Positions 27,914 to 37,678 of a stretch of 64,000 nucleotides of DNA are shown here, piece after piece (the first letter of the stretch is position 1; every line of letters starts with the position of its first letter). Location: contig JAAEQW010000256.1 in the NCBI GenBank assembly GCA_024231025.1, positions 2,954 to 66,953 on the forward strand, given 5' to 3'. The DNA comes from Candidatus Omnitrophota bacterium. GTDB taxonomy: Bacteria > Omnitrophota > Gorgyraeia > Duberdicusellales > 4484-171. Below the pieces are notes generated by a model that had not been told where the DNA came from, searched no databases, and saw only the letters and a list, made by a program, of their open reading frames with translations. A program made the translations under genes and the position numbers.

Positions 27914-30900
27914 ATGTATTTAAAAGAATTAGAAATTTTTGGGTTTAAATCGTTTCCGGAGAAAACAAAACTTTTGTTTGAACCGGGAACTACGGTTGTT
28001 GTTGGTCCAAATGGTTGTGGAAAATCAAATGTCTTTGACGCAATCAAGTGGTCGTTAGGAGAGCAGAGTCCGAAATCTTTGCGCGGGGCCAAAATGGAGG
28101 ACGTTATTTTTAACGGCACCGAACGTCACCCTGCCTTAAGCTATAGCGAAGTTACTTTAGTTTTTTCTAACGAGGACAATTATCTACCAATCGACTATAA
28201 AGAAGTAAGCGTCGCTCGGCGTCTTTATCGTTCCGGAGAAAGTCAATATTTTATAAATAAAAGTTTAGTTCGCCTTAAAGATGTTCAGCAATTATTTATG
28301 GGCACCGGGATTGGCGAGTCGACTTACTCTTTTGTTGAACAAGGTAAAATTGCAATATTCCTAAGTCATAAACCAGAAGAAAAACGTCTTATTTTTGATG
28401 AAGCAAGCGGAATCGTAAAGTATAAAGATCGCAAAAAAGAAACTTTAAAACGCCTTAAGGAGGCCGACGATAATTTGATTCGTCTGGAGGATATTCTCTC
28501 TGAGGTTGCTCGTCAAATCCGCTACCTCGAGCGTCAAGTTCAAAAAGCTAAGAAGTTTAAAGAAGTGCGCGAGCGTCTTATTGAGGTAGAGAAAAAAATA
28601 GCAACGATTGAACTCTCCAACTTAGATAAAAAAAGTGATGGCTTTGGTCAAGAGCTAGATGCGTTTGCGCAACAAGAAACAATTAAAACCCAAGAGCTGG
28701 AATCTCTTAATGCCGGTGCTAATTCCTTAGAAGAAGAATTAAATAGTTTAAGAATGAAATTAGAAGAAGCAAACGGAGTTGTCATATCAGTAAACGCACA
28801 AATTGAAAGTGCAACTAGTCATATTTCTGTTTATGTTCAGCAAATTGATGAATTGGGCCAGCGTAATCAAAATTTACACCACACCCAAGGTGGCTTGAAA
28901 GAAAGATTAAGCTTGCATGAACAAAGGGTGGTCGAAGAGCAAGCGCGGTGCTTAGCAATTGATGGTGAATCATCTTTGGCGGATAGTCAAATAGTTGCTC
29001 TAGGCGATGAAAGCGATGCCCTCAGTAAAGATATTGAGCAAGCGCGTCGTAATGCGCACAATGAAAAGAGTAAGATTTTTGAGTTCGAAAACGACAAAAC
29101 ACATGCCCACAATACCTTAATTGAAATTCAAGCTAATATAAGTTCATTCATTAAGCGCAAGCAACGGCTAACTCTGGATAAAACAAAAATAGAAGAGTTG
29201 GTTGATGAAAAAGAAGAGGCCTTCAAGCAGGCTTGCAGCGATCTTTCTAATTTAGAGGAGGAGCTTTCAATTTTGCGTGAGAAAAAAAACAATCTTTTGT
29301 TTAAAGAGAAAGAGCTTTCTTCTCGCAAAGAAGAGTTTAAAAATAAGCTGATCAACAAAGAAAAAGAAGAGGTAGAGCTGCAGTCATACTATGATTTCCT
29401 AAAAGATCTAAGTTCTAAATATGATATTTTTCCAGTTGATAAGAGGATTACTGTTATTTTTGATGAAGAGCCAAAAAATATTAATAAACTTGTTGCCTCC
29501 CTTAAAGGTGTAGATTTCTCTAATGAAGAAGGCATATACAAAGCCTCTGTGCAGGCAAAAGTAATATCTTTAGATGAAAGTCAATTAGAGCATAAAATCC
29601 AAAATGCTGCCAAGGAAATTGAGGATATTCGCATCAATTTGGAAACCATTGGTGTTGAGCTTAATAAGCTTAGGCAGGAATTAATTATCGAAACAAAACA
29701 ATTAGAAAATCAAGAACGCAAACTTTTTGAGAGCCAACAAGAGAAGGATAACCTTCAGAGAGATTGCCAGCGTTTTCGTGAAGAATTTGAATTAGTTGAT
29801 CAAGAACAACGCGCAACCCTTGAAAGCATAAGTGACTTAGAGGCACAGCAAAGCAAAAAAGAAGAAGAGCTCATGACTCACCAGCAGAATTTAGCGCTTA
29901 CTCAAGGCAGCCTTGATGCGGCTCAATCAACGATAGCGAAAAGCCTGGAGAGGATAAAAGAAATTGATATAGAGGTTGCTCGCAAAGAAGCGCACAAGCA
30001 GTCCTTGTTTAAAGAACGCGATTCGTTGCATTCAAAGGTGAGTTTATTTGAAGAGGAAAAACTTAATATTTTTAATAATTTGGCAAGCTTAGACAAAGAG
30101 CACCAAGATAATGTTTTGCGGTCGAATGATCTGCAAGCAGAGATAAACACTTTGCATGAAAAAATTGCAATCGATAAAGAGACAACTAAATCTGCAATCC
30201 AGGAAAAAGAATCTCTTGATACCCAAGAAAGAGAGCTATTGCAGAAAATATCTCAAAGTAGGGATTTCGCACGCAGCTTAGAGGAGCAGTGTCAGAAATT
30301 TCGTTCTTGTGTTTATAACAAAAAATTAGAGGCGCAAGGTCTGGATTACGAAAGAGAAAAGATTAAAGATTATCTTCTTCAGGTTTATGAAGAAAATCTC
30401 CAGCACTATCAATATCAAGATACTGGCGAATCTTTTGATGAATTGCTAGAGGAAAAAGACAAGTTGATAAAAAGAAAGCACTCACTTGGCGAAGTTAATT
30501 TAGTTGCGATTGAAGAGTTTGAAGAATTAAAAAATCGACAGGATTTTCTTACTCAACAAAGAGACGATTTAAATATTTCAAAAGATAATTTAAAGAAAGC
30601 GATTAGCAAAATTAATCGTACCTGCAAAGAGCTCTTTTTGGAAACTTTTTATAAAATTCAAGAAGAGTTTAAGAAAAACTTCCGTTTTCTTTTTAATGGC
30701 GGCCATGCCAGCCTCATGCTCATAGATAAGGATGACGTATTGGAGTCAGGAGTAGAAATTGAGGTTCAACCACCGGGTAAAAAATGTCAAAATGTTTCAC
30801 TTCTTTCCGGAGGAGAAAAAGCTTTAACTGCGATTGCGTTGATTTTTGCTATTTTTAGAGTGCGCCCATCTCCGCTTTGCGTGCTTGATGAAATTGATGC

Positions 30901-31096
30901 ACCGTTAGATGAAGCTAACGTTGATCGATTCAACCATCTTATAAAAGAGTTTTCATCGTTTTCTCAATTTATTATTATTACCCATAACAAAAAAACCATG
31001 AGCAATGCTGATGTTTTATATGGGGTTACGATGCAGGAGAAGGGGGTGTCAAAGCTCGTTTCAGTAAAACTCGCCGAACAAGAGGTTGCCGCTTAA
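27914..31096 (+). CDS. smc: Chromosome segregation protein SMC with non-canonical short hinge
   Basis: GFKSF, GPNGCGKSN, LSGGEK, LDEIDAPLD and ITH motifs; two coiled-coil arms; 1060 aa. Confidence 0.92.
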   Translation: MYLKELEIFGFKSFPEKTKLLFEPGTTVVVGPNGCGKSNVFDAIKWSLGEQSPKSLRGAKMEDVIFNGTERHPALSYSEVTLVFSNEDNYLPIDYKEVSVARRLYRSGESQYFINKSLVRLKDVQQLFMGTGIGESTYSFVEQGKIAIFLSHKPEEKRLIFDEASGIVKYKDRKKETLKRLKEADDNLIRLEDILSEVARQIRYLERQVQKAKKFKEVRERLIEVEKKIATIELSNLDKKSDGFGQELDAFAQQETIKTQELESLNAGANSLEEELNSLRMKLEEANGVVISVNAQIESATSHISVYVQQIDELGQRNQNLHHTQGGLKERLSLHEQRVVEEQARCLAIDGESSLADSQIVALGDESDALSKDIEQARRNAHNEKSKIFEFENDKTHAHNTLIEIQANISSFIKRKQRLTLDKTKIEELVDEKEEAFKQACSDLSNLEEELSILREKKNNLLFKEKELSSRKEEFKNKLINKEKEEVELQSYYDFLKDLSSKYDIFPVDKRITVIFDEEPKNINKLVASLKGVDFSNEEGIYKASVQAKVISLDESQLEHKIQNAAKEIEDIRINLETIGVELNKLRQELIIETKQLENQERKLFESQQEKDNLQRDCQRFREEFELVDQEQRATLESISDLEAQQSKKEEELMTHQQNLALTQGSLDAAQSTIAKSLERIKEIDIEVARKEAHKQSLFKERDSLHSKVSLFEEEKLNIFNNLASLDKEHQDNVLRSNDLQAEINTLHEKIAIDKETTKSAIQEKESLDTQERELLQKISQSRDFARSLEEQCQKFRSCVYNKKLEAQGLDYEREKIKDYLLQVYEENLQHYQYQDTGESFDELLEEKDKLIKRKHSLGEVNLVAIEEFEELKNRQDFLTQQRDDLNISKDNLKKAISKINRTCKELFLETFYKIQEEFKKNFRFLFNGGHASLMLIDKDDVLESGVEIEVQPPGKKCQNVSLLSGGEKALTAIALIFAIFRVRPSPLCVLDEIDAPLDEANVDRFNHLIKEFSSFSQFIIITHNKKTMSNADVLYGVTMQEKGVSKLVSVKLAEQEVAA

Positions 31097-32238
31097 GCCA
31101 GAACGACTCTATTTTTCCCTTGATTTTTTGCTGCATATAAAGCTTTATCGGCTTTTTCGATCAGGGCTGCTTTGTTGTCGCCGTCTTTAGGGAAAGAAGC
31201 AATCCCTACGCTAATTGTGAATTTATGCTTTGAATTGTTTTGAGTTGATTCTCTTATGCGTTGGGCAAGATAGAAAGCTTCTTCCTTGCTTGCCGATGGA
31301 ATAATTAACGAAAACTCTTCTCCGCCATAGCGACAGATTATATCCACTTTGCGACAATTTTCTCTGAATATTTCAGCAATTTTTTTAAGTGCTTTGTCGC
31401 CTTCAATGTGGCCGAAAGTGTCGTTAAATTTTTTAAAGTCGTCTAAATCAACCATCATAATTGATAAGCTTTCGTTATTGGCCTTAGCTCTTTGCAGCTC
31501 CTCATCTAATTTATATTGGAAATATCCATGATTCCATAAAGAAGTTAAGGAGTCGGTGTGAGAGCGGGTTAATGTGTTTTCAAATATTTGAGAGTTTTCA
31601 ATGGCTCCACAAGCTTGCTCAACAAACATATTAAATATTTTTATATCCTCTTCGTTTATTGGCTTTTGAGTGATGGAGTTATCTACAATAATTAATCCGG
31701 CAGGTTTTTCTTTTATCCATAGTGATGCCGCCAGAAAATCTTTTAAGTGTAACTTAGATATTAATGGATCTTTCTGGCTATTTTCTATTTCTTCACTGGC
31801 GAAATAAATGGGCCCCTTTTCGCTAAGGATTTCAGAGAGAATTCCGTTCTCCTTTTCTGTGCTAAAAGACAAGGATCGCACCAGCTCCATAAATTTCGGA
31901 CGCACTTTGCCCTCTTTGATTGGGCGATAGCTTTCGATTAAATCATAAAGATCTTTTTTTTCGTCTTTGATGTTTTTCCATATCGTGTCGGCTTCTGCTC
32001 CGTCAACTGATCCAATTCCCATAAACCCGTTTATTTTTTTATTTCCACTAGCGGTTAAAAAAAGAACCGCGCGATTAAAACCGAGCCCCTGGTGAGCGGT
32101 TAATCCGGTTAAGATGATGTAGGCAATTTCGTCAAGATGCAGAGTTGTGCGCATTGCCTTGGTAAGCTCGTAGAAAATGTAAAGCTGGGAACGTATTTTT
32201 TCTACTTCTTTCTGTAGTTTTTTTATTTCGTCAATCAT
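31093..32238 (-). CDS. GAF-domain diguanylate cyclase
   Basis: DSLTSLWN, DLDDFKKFND, RKVD I-site, RYGGEEF. Confidence 0.93.
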   Translation of the reverse strand: MIDEIKKLQKEVEKIRSQLYIFYELTKAMRTTLHLDEIAYIILTGLTAHQGLGFNRAVLFLTASGNKKINGFMGIGSVDGAEADTIWKNIKDEKKDLYDLIESYRPIKEGKVRPKFMELVRSLSFSTEKENGILSEILSEKGPIYFASEEIENSQKDPLISKLHLKDFLAASLWIKEKPAGLIIVDNSITQKPINEEDIKIFNMFVEQACGAIENSQIFENTLTRSHTDSLTSLWNHGYFQYKLDEELQRAKANNESLSIMMVDLDDFKKFNDTFGHIEGDKALKKIAEIFRENCRKVDIICRYGGEEFSLIIPSASKEEAFYLAQRIRESTQNNSKHKFTISVGIASFPKDGDNKAALIEKADKALYAAKNQGKNRVVLA

Positions 32239-32394
32239 AGTGTATATTGATATCATACTTTAGCTTAGTTTGCAACTTAATTTTTATCTGGTAAAATACA
32301 TTTTGATTCTTTCATGAGCCACTAAGTTCAATACCGTATTGAATCTAGTAGGGGTTTGAAATTTACGAAAGAGTGTGTATTTTTAGGAGATATT

Positions 32395-33426
32395 GTGAAA
32401 AAGAACCTTTTTAAACTTTCTGAATATGATTTCAATTTGCCCCATGAATTGATCGCACAAAGCCCCCTAACCCCGCGGGACAGTTCAAGATTGCTGGTGA
32501 TTAATCGAAAAAACAGCACGATCAATGAGCGCGTTTTTCGCGATATTGTAGATTATTTGGGCGCGGGAGATGCCCTTGTTTTAAATGATACCAAGGTGAT
32601 TAATGCTCGCTTGCTTGGCCAACGCAAAACCGGAGGAAAAATAGAAGCCCTTCTTTTGCGTCAAGAGCGCGCGGGTGTTTGGAGGGCCTTAGTTAATCCA
32701 GGAAAACGAGCAAAAACAGGTGAGGTAATTTTCTTTGAAGGCGGCCTAAGGGCCAAAATTTTGGGTGTAACTTCTGATGGTGGACGTATTTTAGAATTTT
32801 CATCAAAAAATATAAAAAAGTTATTGCCGTCCTTGGGTAAAGTTCCTCTGCCACCTTATATAAAGAAAGAGATTACAAGCCCAGAACAATATCAAACCAC
32901 TTATGCTAATTGTCAAGGAGCAATCGCCGCTCCAACGGCGGGGTTGCATTTTACCAAGGCTCTTTTAAAGAGAATTAAAAGTAAAGGCGTAAAAATAGTC
33001 TATATCACCTTGCATTGCGGTTTGTCTACTTTTCGTCCAGTAAAGACCGACGACATTCGTGATCATCCAATGAGTGAAGAGTGGATTGAAATATCAAAAA
33101 AGGCTTCAGAAGATATCAATGCGGCCAAGCGCATAGTCGCAGTAGGTACTACTGTTGTGCGTGCCCTAGAAAGCGCTGCATATCGGGATGATAGCAATGA
33201 GTGGAGGATGAAATCTTTTCTTGGCGATACTAAGCTATACATGACTTCGGATTACACCTTTAAGGTAGTCGATGCATTAATAACTAATTTTCATACTCCG
33301 CATTCCACTAATTTGATTCTTGTCTCTACTCTATGCGGACGAGAACTATTGAAGAGAAGTTATGAGTATGCGATCAAAGAGAAGTTTAGATTTTTTAGCT
33401 TTGGAGACGCTACTTTTATAGAATAG
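32395..33426 (+). CDS. queA: tRNA preQ1 S-adenosylmethionine ribosyltransferase-isomerase
   Basis: LIAQ, PLPPYI, AAPTAGLHFT, TNFH and FSFGDA motifs; GTG after AGGAG. Confidence 0.95.
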   Translation: MKKNLFKLSEYDFNLPHELIAQSPLTPRDSSRLLVINRKNSTINERVFRDIVDYLGAGDALVLNDTKVINARLLGQRKTGGKIEALLLRQERAGVWRALVNPGKRAKTGEVIFFEGGLRAKILGVTSDGGRILEFSSKNIKKLLPSLGKVPLPPYIKKEITSPEQYQTTYANCQGAIAAPTAGLHFTKALLKRIKSKGVKIVYITLHCGLSTFRPVKTDDIRDHPMSEEWIEISKKASEDINAAKRIVAVGTTVVRALESAAYRDDSNEWRMKSFLGDTKLYMTSDYTFKVVDALITNFHTPHSTNLILVSTLCGRELLKRSYEYAIKEKFRFFSFGDATFIE

Positions 33427-33483
33427 CGTGCAATATATTGCGTATCAACAAGTTATGAGCGAGAATAAAAAATAGTTGTTTCG

Positions 33484-33512
33484 TTGACTAAGCCTAATAT
33501 TTCTAATATAAT
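33484..33512 (+). promoter_or_regulatory. Sigma70 promoter upstream of the EF-G paralog/purH
   Basis: TTGACT-17 bp-TATAAT. Confidence 0.8.
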
Positions 33513-33686
33513 AACCCATTATAGGGCTGTTATGAAATGCAACAGCCTCTGATTACGGAGTTTGGGGAAAGGTTACAGCGGTTGGAAGCATTGAGTTTTT
33601 AATCTCTGTAATCTTGCTTTAATCGTTGTAATCAAGCATAACTTTATTAAAGCTATGTTTGAAGATTGTACCAGGAGGAAATTTAT

Positions 33687-35684
33687 ATGAGAGATGATTT
33701 AACAAAGAAAAAAGTTTTCATGTTGTGCGGTCATGCTCAAAGTGGCAAAACTTCTTTGGCCGAGGGGATTCTTTTTAAGAGTGGAGCGATCCCTCGCCTG
33801 GGACGAGTTGAAGAAGCAAATACGGTAAGCGATTATGAGGATGACGAAAAGAATAGAGCTAGTTCAATTAATCTTGCCGTTGTTAATGCGCAGTATAAAG
33901 AAAATTTTCTTCAAATTATCGATGCGCCTGGATATTTAGATTTCGTAGGTGAAACAATTTTGGCTAGTCGCGGTGCCGATTTTGCCGTTATGGTAGTTGA
34001 TGCAGCTGCCGGAGTAGAAGTTGGTACAGATAAAACTTGGGACATAATTCGTCAAGAAAATTTACCGTGTATGTTTTTTGTTAATAAACTTGATAAAGAA
34101 GATACAAATTTTCAAGGAGTTGTCGCTGATATACAGAAAAGTTTCAGTAAAAAAGCAATACCATTTTGTTCTTTTGAGGACGGAAAAATTATCAATAATT
34201 TAAAAGATAAAAGCAGTTCTTTCTACGGCCAAATCGTAGAGGCGGTTGCCGAAAGCGATGATGCTTTACTTGAGAAATATTTGGAAAGTGGTGCTATCGA
34301 TGATCAAGAATTTGAGCCGGCGTTAAAAAAAGCTATTGCTAACGGTAATTTGTTTCCGATAGTTTGCGGCTTTGTGACTTCTGATAGCGGGATAGATAGC
34401 TTTTTAGACATAATGATAAGCGCGATGCCTTCTGCGGCGGATGCTTTAGCTAGGAAAGTCAATAAGAAAGGCGAGGAGATAGAGATTGCCCCAAAAGTTG
34501 ATGGTCCACTGGTTGCTCAAGTTTTTAAAACAATAATTGATCCATTTGTTGGGCAACTTAGTATTTTTAGAGTGTTTTCGGGCAAAATTTCATCAAGTAG
34601 CGATATCTTTAATGGAACACAAGCCAGTAAAGAAAAACTAGGGCAAATTTTCTTACTTCAAGGCAAACAGCAGGTAACTACAGACGCAATTTGCGCCGGA
34701 GAAATCGGCGCAGTCGCGAAACTTAAAAATACTTCTACTATGGACGTTTTTTGTGATGCGTCCGGTGTTGTTGAATTCGCGAGTCTGAATTTTCCTTCAC
34801 CAGCTTATTCTGCCTCAGTTAAACCAAAAACGCGTAAAGATGAAGAAAAAATTTCAACTGCGCTTAGTCGTTTGACTAGCGAAGATTCAACGATTATGGT
34901 TTCTCGTGACAGCGGCGAACTGATAATTTCAGGAATGGGTGAACTTCATCTTAATGTAATTATTGAGCGGATGAAAAGAAAGTATGGAGCCGATGTTGAG
35001 CTGGGAACTCCAAAAGTTCCCTATAAAGAAACAATAACCAAATCGGTTAAGGTGCAAGGTAAGCACAAAAAACAGACTGGCGGTCATGGCCAATATGGAG
35101 ATTGCTCAATTGATGTTCAGCCTTTGGATCCGGAAAAAGATCTTGAGTTTGTTAACAGCATAGTTGGTGGAGCGATTCCTAAAAACTTTATACCTTCTGT
35201 TGAAAAAGGTGTTAGAAAAGCTATGAAACAGGGGATGCTTGCCGGTTGTCCTGTTTTTGGAGTGAAAGTTACCCTTTATGATGGCTCGTATCATCCGGTT
35301 GATTCATCGGACATGGCTTTTCAAATGGCAGGTTCATTGGCGATGAGAAAAGCCTTAGAGCAGGCAGGAAGTGTGTTGCTTGAGCCGATTATGGATGTGG
35401 AAATTGTTATTCCCGGAGAGTTGATGGGGCAAATTACCGGCGACATAAATGGGCGGCGTGGAAAAGTGATGGGAATGGAAGTTAAAGGAAAAAACGAGGC
35501 AGTAAAAGCACAAATCCCTTTAGCCGAAATGTTTAAGTATGCTTCTGATTTACGGTCAGTAACCGGAGGCAGGGGTAGTTATTCGATGAGTTTTTCTCAT
35601 TGCGCTCAAGTACCGGCGCGTATTGCTCAGGGTATAATTGATAAGGCTAAAAAAGAAAAAGAGGAAGAAGTGCACTCACATTAA
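33687..35684 (+). CDS. Elongation factor G paralog (EF-G2/FusA2-type)
   Basis: GHAQSGKTS, RASSI instead of RGITI, DAPGY, KKQTGGHGQYG, DGSYHPVDSS; outside the str operon. Confidence 0.9.
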   Translation: MRDDLTKKKVFMLCGHAQSGKTSLAEGILFKSGAIPRLGRVEEANTVSDYEDDEKNRASSINLAVVNAQYKENFLQIIDAPGYLDFVGETILASRGADFAVMVVDAAAGVEVGTDKTWDIIRQENLPCMFFVNKLDKEDTNFQGVVADIQKSFSKKAIPFCSFEDGKIINNLKDKSSSFYGQIVEAVAESDDALLEKYLESGAIDDQEFEPALKKAIANGNLFPIVCGFVTSDSGIDSFLDIMISAMPSAADALARKVNKKGEEIEIAPKVDGPLVAQVFKTIIDPFVGQLSIFRVFSGKISSSSDIFNGTQASKEKLGQIFLLQGKQQVTTDAICAGEIGAVAKLKNTSTMDVFCDASGVVEFASLNFPSPAYSASVKPKTRKDEEKISTALSRLTSEDSTIMVSRDSGELIISGMGELHLNVIIERMKRKYGADVELGTPKVPYKETITKSVKVQGKHKKQTGGHGQYGDCSIDVQPLDPEKDLEFVNSIVGGAIPKNFIPSVEKGVRKAMKQGMLAGCPVFGVKVTLYDGSYHPVDSSDMAFQMAGSLAMRKALEQAGSVLLEPIMDVEIVIPGELMGQITGDINGRRGKVMGMEVKGKNEAVKAQIPLAEMFKYASDLRSVTGGRGSYSMSFSHCAQVPARIAQGIIDKAKKEKEEEVHSH

Positions 35685-35692
35685 GGATAAAA

Positions 35693-37207
35693 ATGTTAAA
35701 AATAAGAAGAGTTTTGATCAGTGTTTGGGATAAAAAAGGTGTGGTAGATTTTGCTAAAAAACTATCTGAACATAATGTTGAGATAATTTCAACCGGCAAG
35801 ACAGCATCTCTTTTGCGTAAAAGTGGCGTTAACGCTCAGGACGTATCATCGCTGACCCTTTTTCCGGAGATACTTTCAGGAAGGGTGAAAACTCTTCATC
35901 CTAAAGTATTCGGAGGTATTTTAGCTAATAAAAAACATCCCCTACATATGGAGGAGATTAAGAATTTGAGTATTCAGCCTATTGATATGGTGATCGTTAA
36001 TCTTTATCCATTTGTTCAGAAAGTAAACGACAAGTTGATTTGGGATGAGATGGTTGAGTACATTGACATTGGCGGTCCGAGCATGTTACGGGCGGCGGCT
36101 AAGAATTTTAAAAATGTTGCCTGTGTAAGTGACTGCTCCCAATATAAGGCTATCGCTGATGAATTAAAAAAGAGTAAGGGGTTTTTGTCAGAAAATACAC
36201 TAAAGGCGCTTGCCCAACAAGTGTTTTACCTTACCAGAGAGTATGATAATTGTATTTATAATTACTTCAAGGGCCAAGAAATTTTGACTTGGAATTTGGA
36301 AAAATCTTCTTCTTTGCGTTATGGAGAAAATCCTCATCAGTCTGCCGGTCTTTATGATTTGGTTGACGGAAGCAGTTTAAAAGTTAATCAAATCCAGGGT
36401 AAAGAGTTGTCGTACAATAATTTTTTGGATCTCGATGCAGCATACACATGCATAAGAGAATTCGACGAGCCCGCAGCAACGATAGTTAAGCATGCGTCAA
36501 TTTGCGGAGTAGGGGTAGACAAAAAACTTGCCTCTGCCTATAAAAAAGCTTATCTAACGGATACTCTTTCCAGCTTTGGCGGTATTATTGCCCTAAACCG
36601 TAAGGTTGATAAGGAAACAGCCGATCAGATTATAAAGAGCGGATTTAAGGAGTGTGTCATTGCGCCGTCCTATTCTAAAGAGGCGCTTAAAATGTTTTCG
36701 ACAAAGAAGAATTTAAGAGTTTTGGAAACAAGCTTCAATCAGAAAATATCTTTACGCGACATCAGGGCGACTGCTTTTGGTCATTTAGTGCAGGAAAAGG
36801 ATGCCGTTTCTCTATCAAAAAATAATTTAAGAGTAGTTACTAAAAAGAAACCCTCACCGCATCAACTGAAGGATCTTGTTTTTGCCTGGAAGGTAGTTAA
36901 ATATGTTCGCTCTAACGCGATTGTGGTTGCTAAAAATCAAAGCGTTTTAGGCATTGGCGGAGGTCAGCCTTCTAGGGTGGGAGCCGCCAAAATTGCCCTG
37001 GCAAAGTTGGCTGGGTCTTGTAAAGGTGCCGTTTTGGCGAGTGATGGATTTTTTCCAAAAGAAGATTCGATTAAGCTTGTTCATAAAAAAGGTGTTAGGG
37101 CAATAATCCAGCCTGGTGGATCGATAAAAGACAATGACATTATCGATCTCTGCAATAAATTAGGCATTGTCATGATTTTTGTTGGCATGCGTCATTTTCG
37201 TCATTAA
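35693..37207 (+). CDS. purH: Bifunctional AICAR transformylase/IMP cyclohydrolase
   Basis: GRVKTLHP, IDIGGP, LRYGENPHQ, ASDGFFP and RHFRH motifs. Confidence 0.97.
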   Translation: MLKIRRVLISVWDKKGVVDFAKKLSEHNVEIISTGKTASLLRKSGVNAQDVSSLTLFPEILSGRVKTLHPKVFGGILANKKHPLHMEEIKNLSIQPIDMVIVNLYPFVQKVNDKLIWDEMVEYIDIGGPSMLRAAAKNFKNVACVSDCSQYKAIADELKKSKGFLSENTLKALAQQVFYLTREYDNCIYNYFKGQEILTWNLEKSSSLRYGENPHQSAGLYDLVDGSSLKVNQIQGKELSYNNFLDLDAAYTCIREFDEPAATIVKHASICGVGVDKKLASAYKKAYLTDTLSSFGGIIALNRKVDKETADQIIKSGFKECVIAPSYSKEALKMFSTKKNLRVLETSFNQKISLRDIRATAFGHLVQEKDAVSLSKNNLRVVTKKKPSPHQLKDLVFAWKVVKYVRSNAIVVAKNQSVLGIGGGQPSRVGAAKIALAKLAGSCKGAVLASDGFFPKEDSIKLVHKKGVRAIIQPGGSIKDNDIIDLCNKLGIVMIFVGMRHFRH

Positions 37208-37216
37208 CCTTACGAT

Positions 37217-37540
37217 ATGGAAGTTGAATCTGCAAAACACTATTATGGTAAGGGGCATAACTGCGCTCAAGCAATTTTAAAAGCTTTTCAGAGTAAATTC
37301 AATATAAGTGATCGGCAAATTGAAGATGCCTCTACCCTTGGCAGAGGCAAGGCGAAGAATGGAGTGTGTGGAGCATTGTATGCTGCCGGATGGCTTTTAC
37401 CGAGGAATAAAAGTGAAATTCTTGATAAGAGTTTTCAATCTGTTGCAGGATCTATAAAATGCAAAGAAATCAGAAAGTTAAATAAGCTTTCTTGTGCAAA
37501 TTGTGTCGAGTTTTGTGCTCGATTCCTTAAAGAAGAATGA
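37217..37540 (+). CDS. C-GCAxxG-C-C family putative redox protein
   Basis: NCAQ, GVCGAL, C..IRK..C..CV pattern. Confidence 0.8.
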   Translation: MEVESAKHYYGKGHNCAQAILKAFQSKFNISDRQIEDASTLGRGKAKNGVCGALYAAGWLLPRNKSEILDKSFQSVAGSIKCKEIRKLNKLSCANCVEFCARFLKEE

Positions 37541-37678
37541 GATTTAAATAAAGATTACACAGCATAAGTGTATTTTTTTTAATTGACAGAAAAAAATGCC
37601 AATGATACAATTTTTTCACTCTATATATTAATAAAGAAGAGCAAAAATCAATAAAGATTGTTTTATAAGGAGGCAAAT

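Noticed and set aside
33687-35684. Degenerate GTPase motifs in EF-G as a novelty
   Set aside because: The DxPGY and non-RGITI variants are typical of known EF-G2 paralogs.
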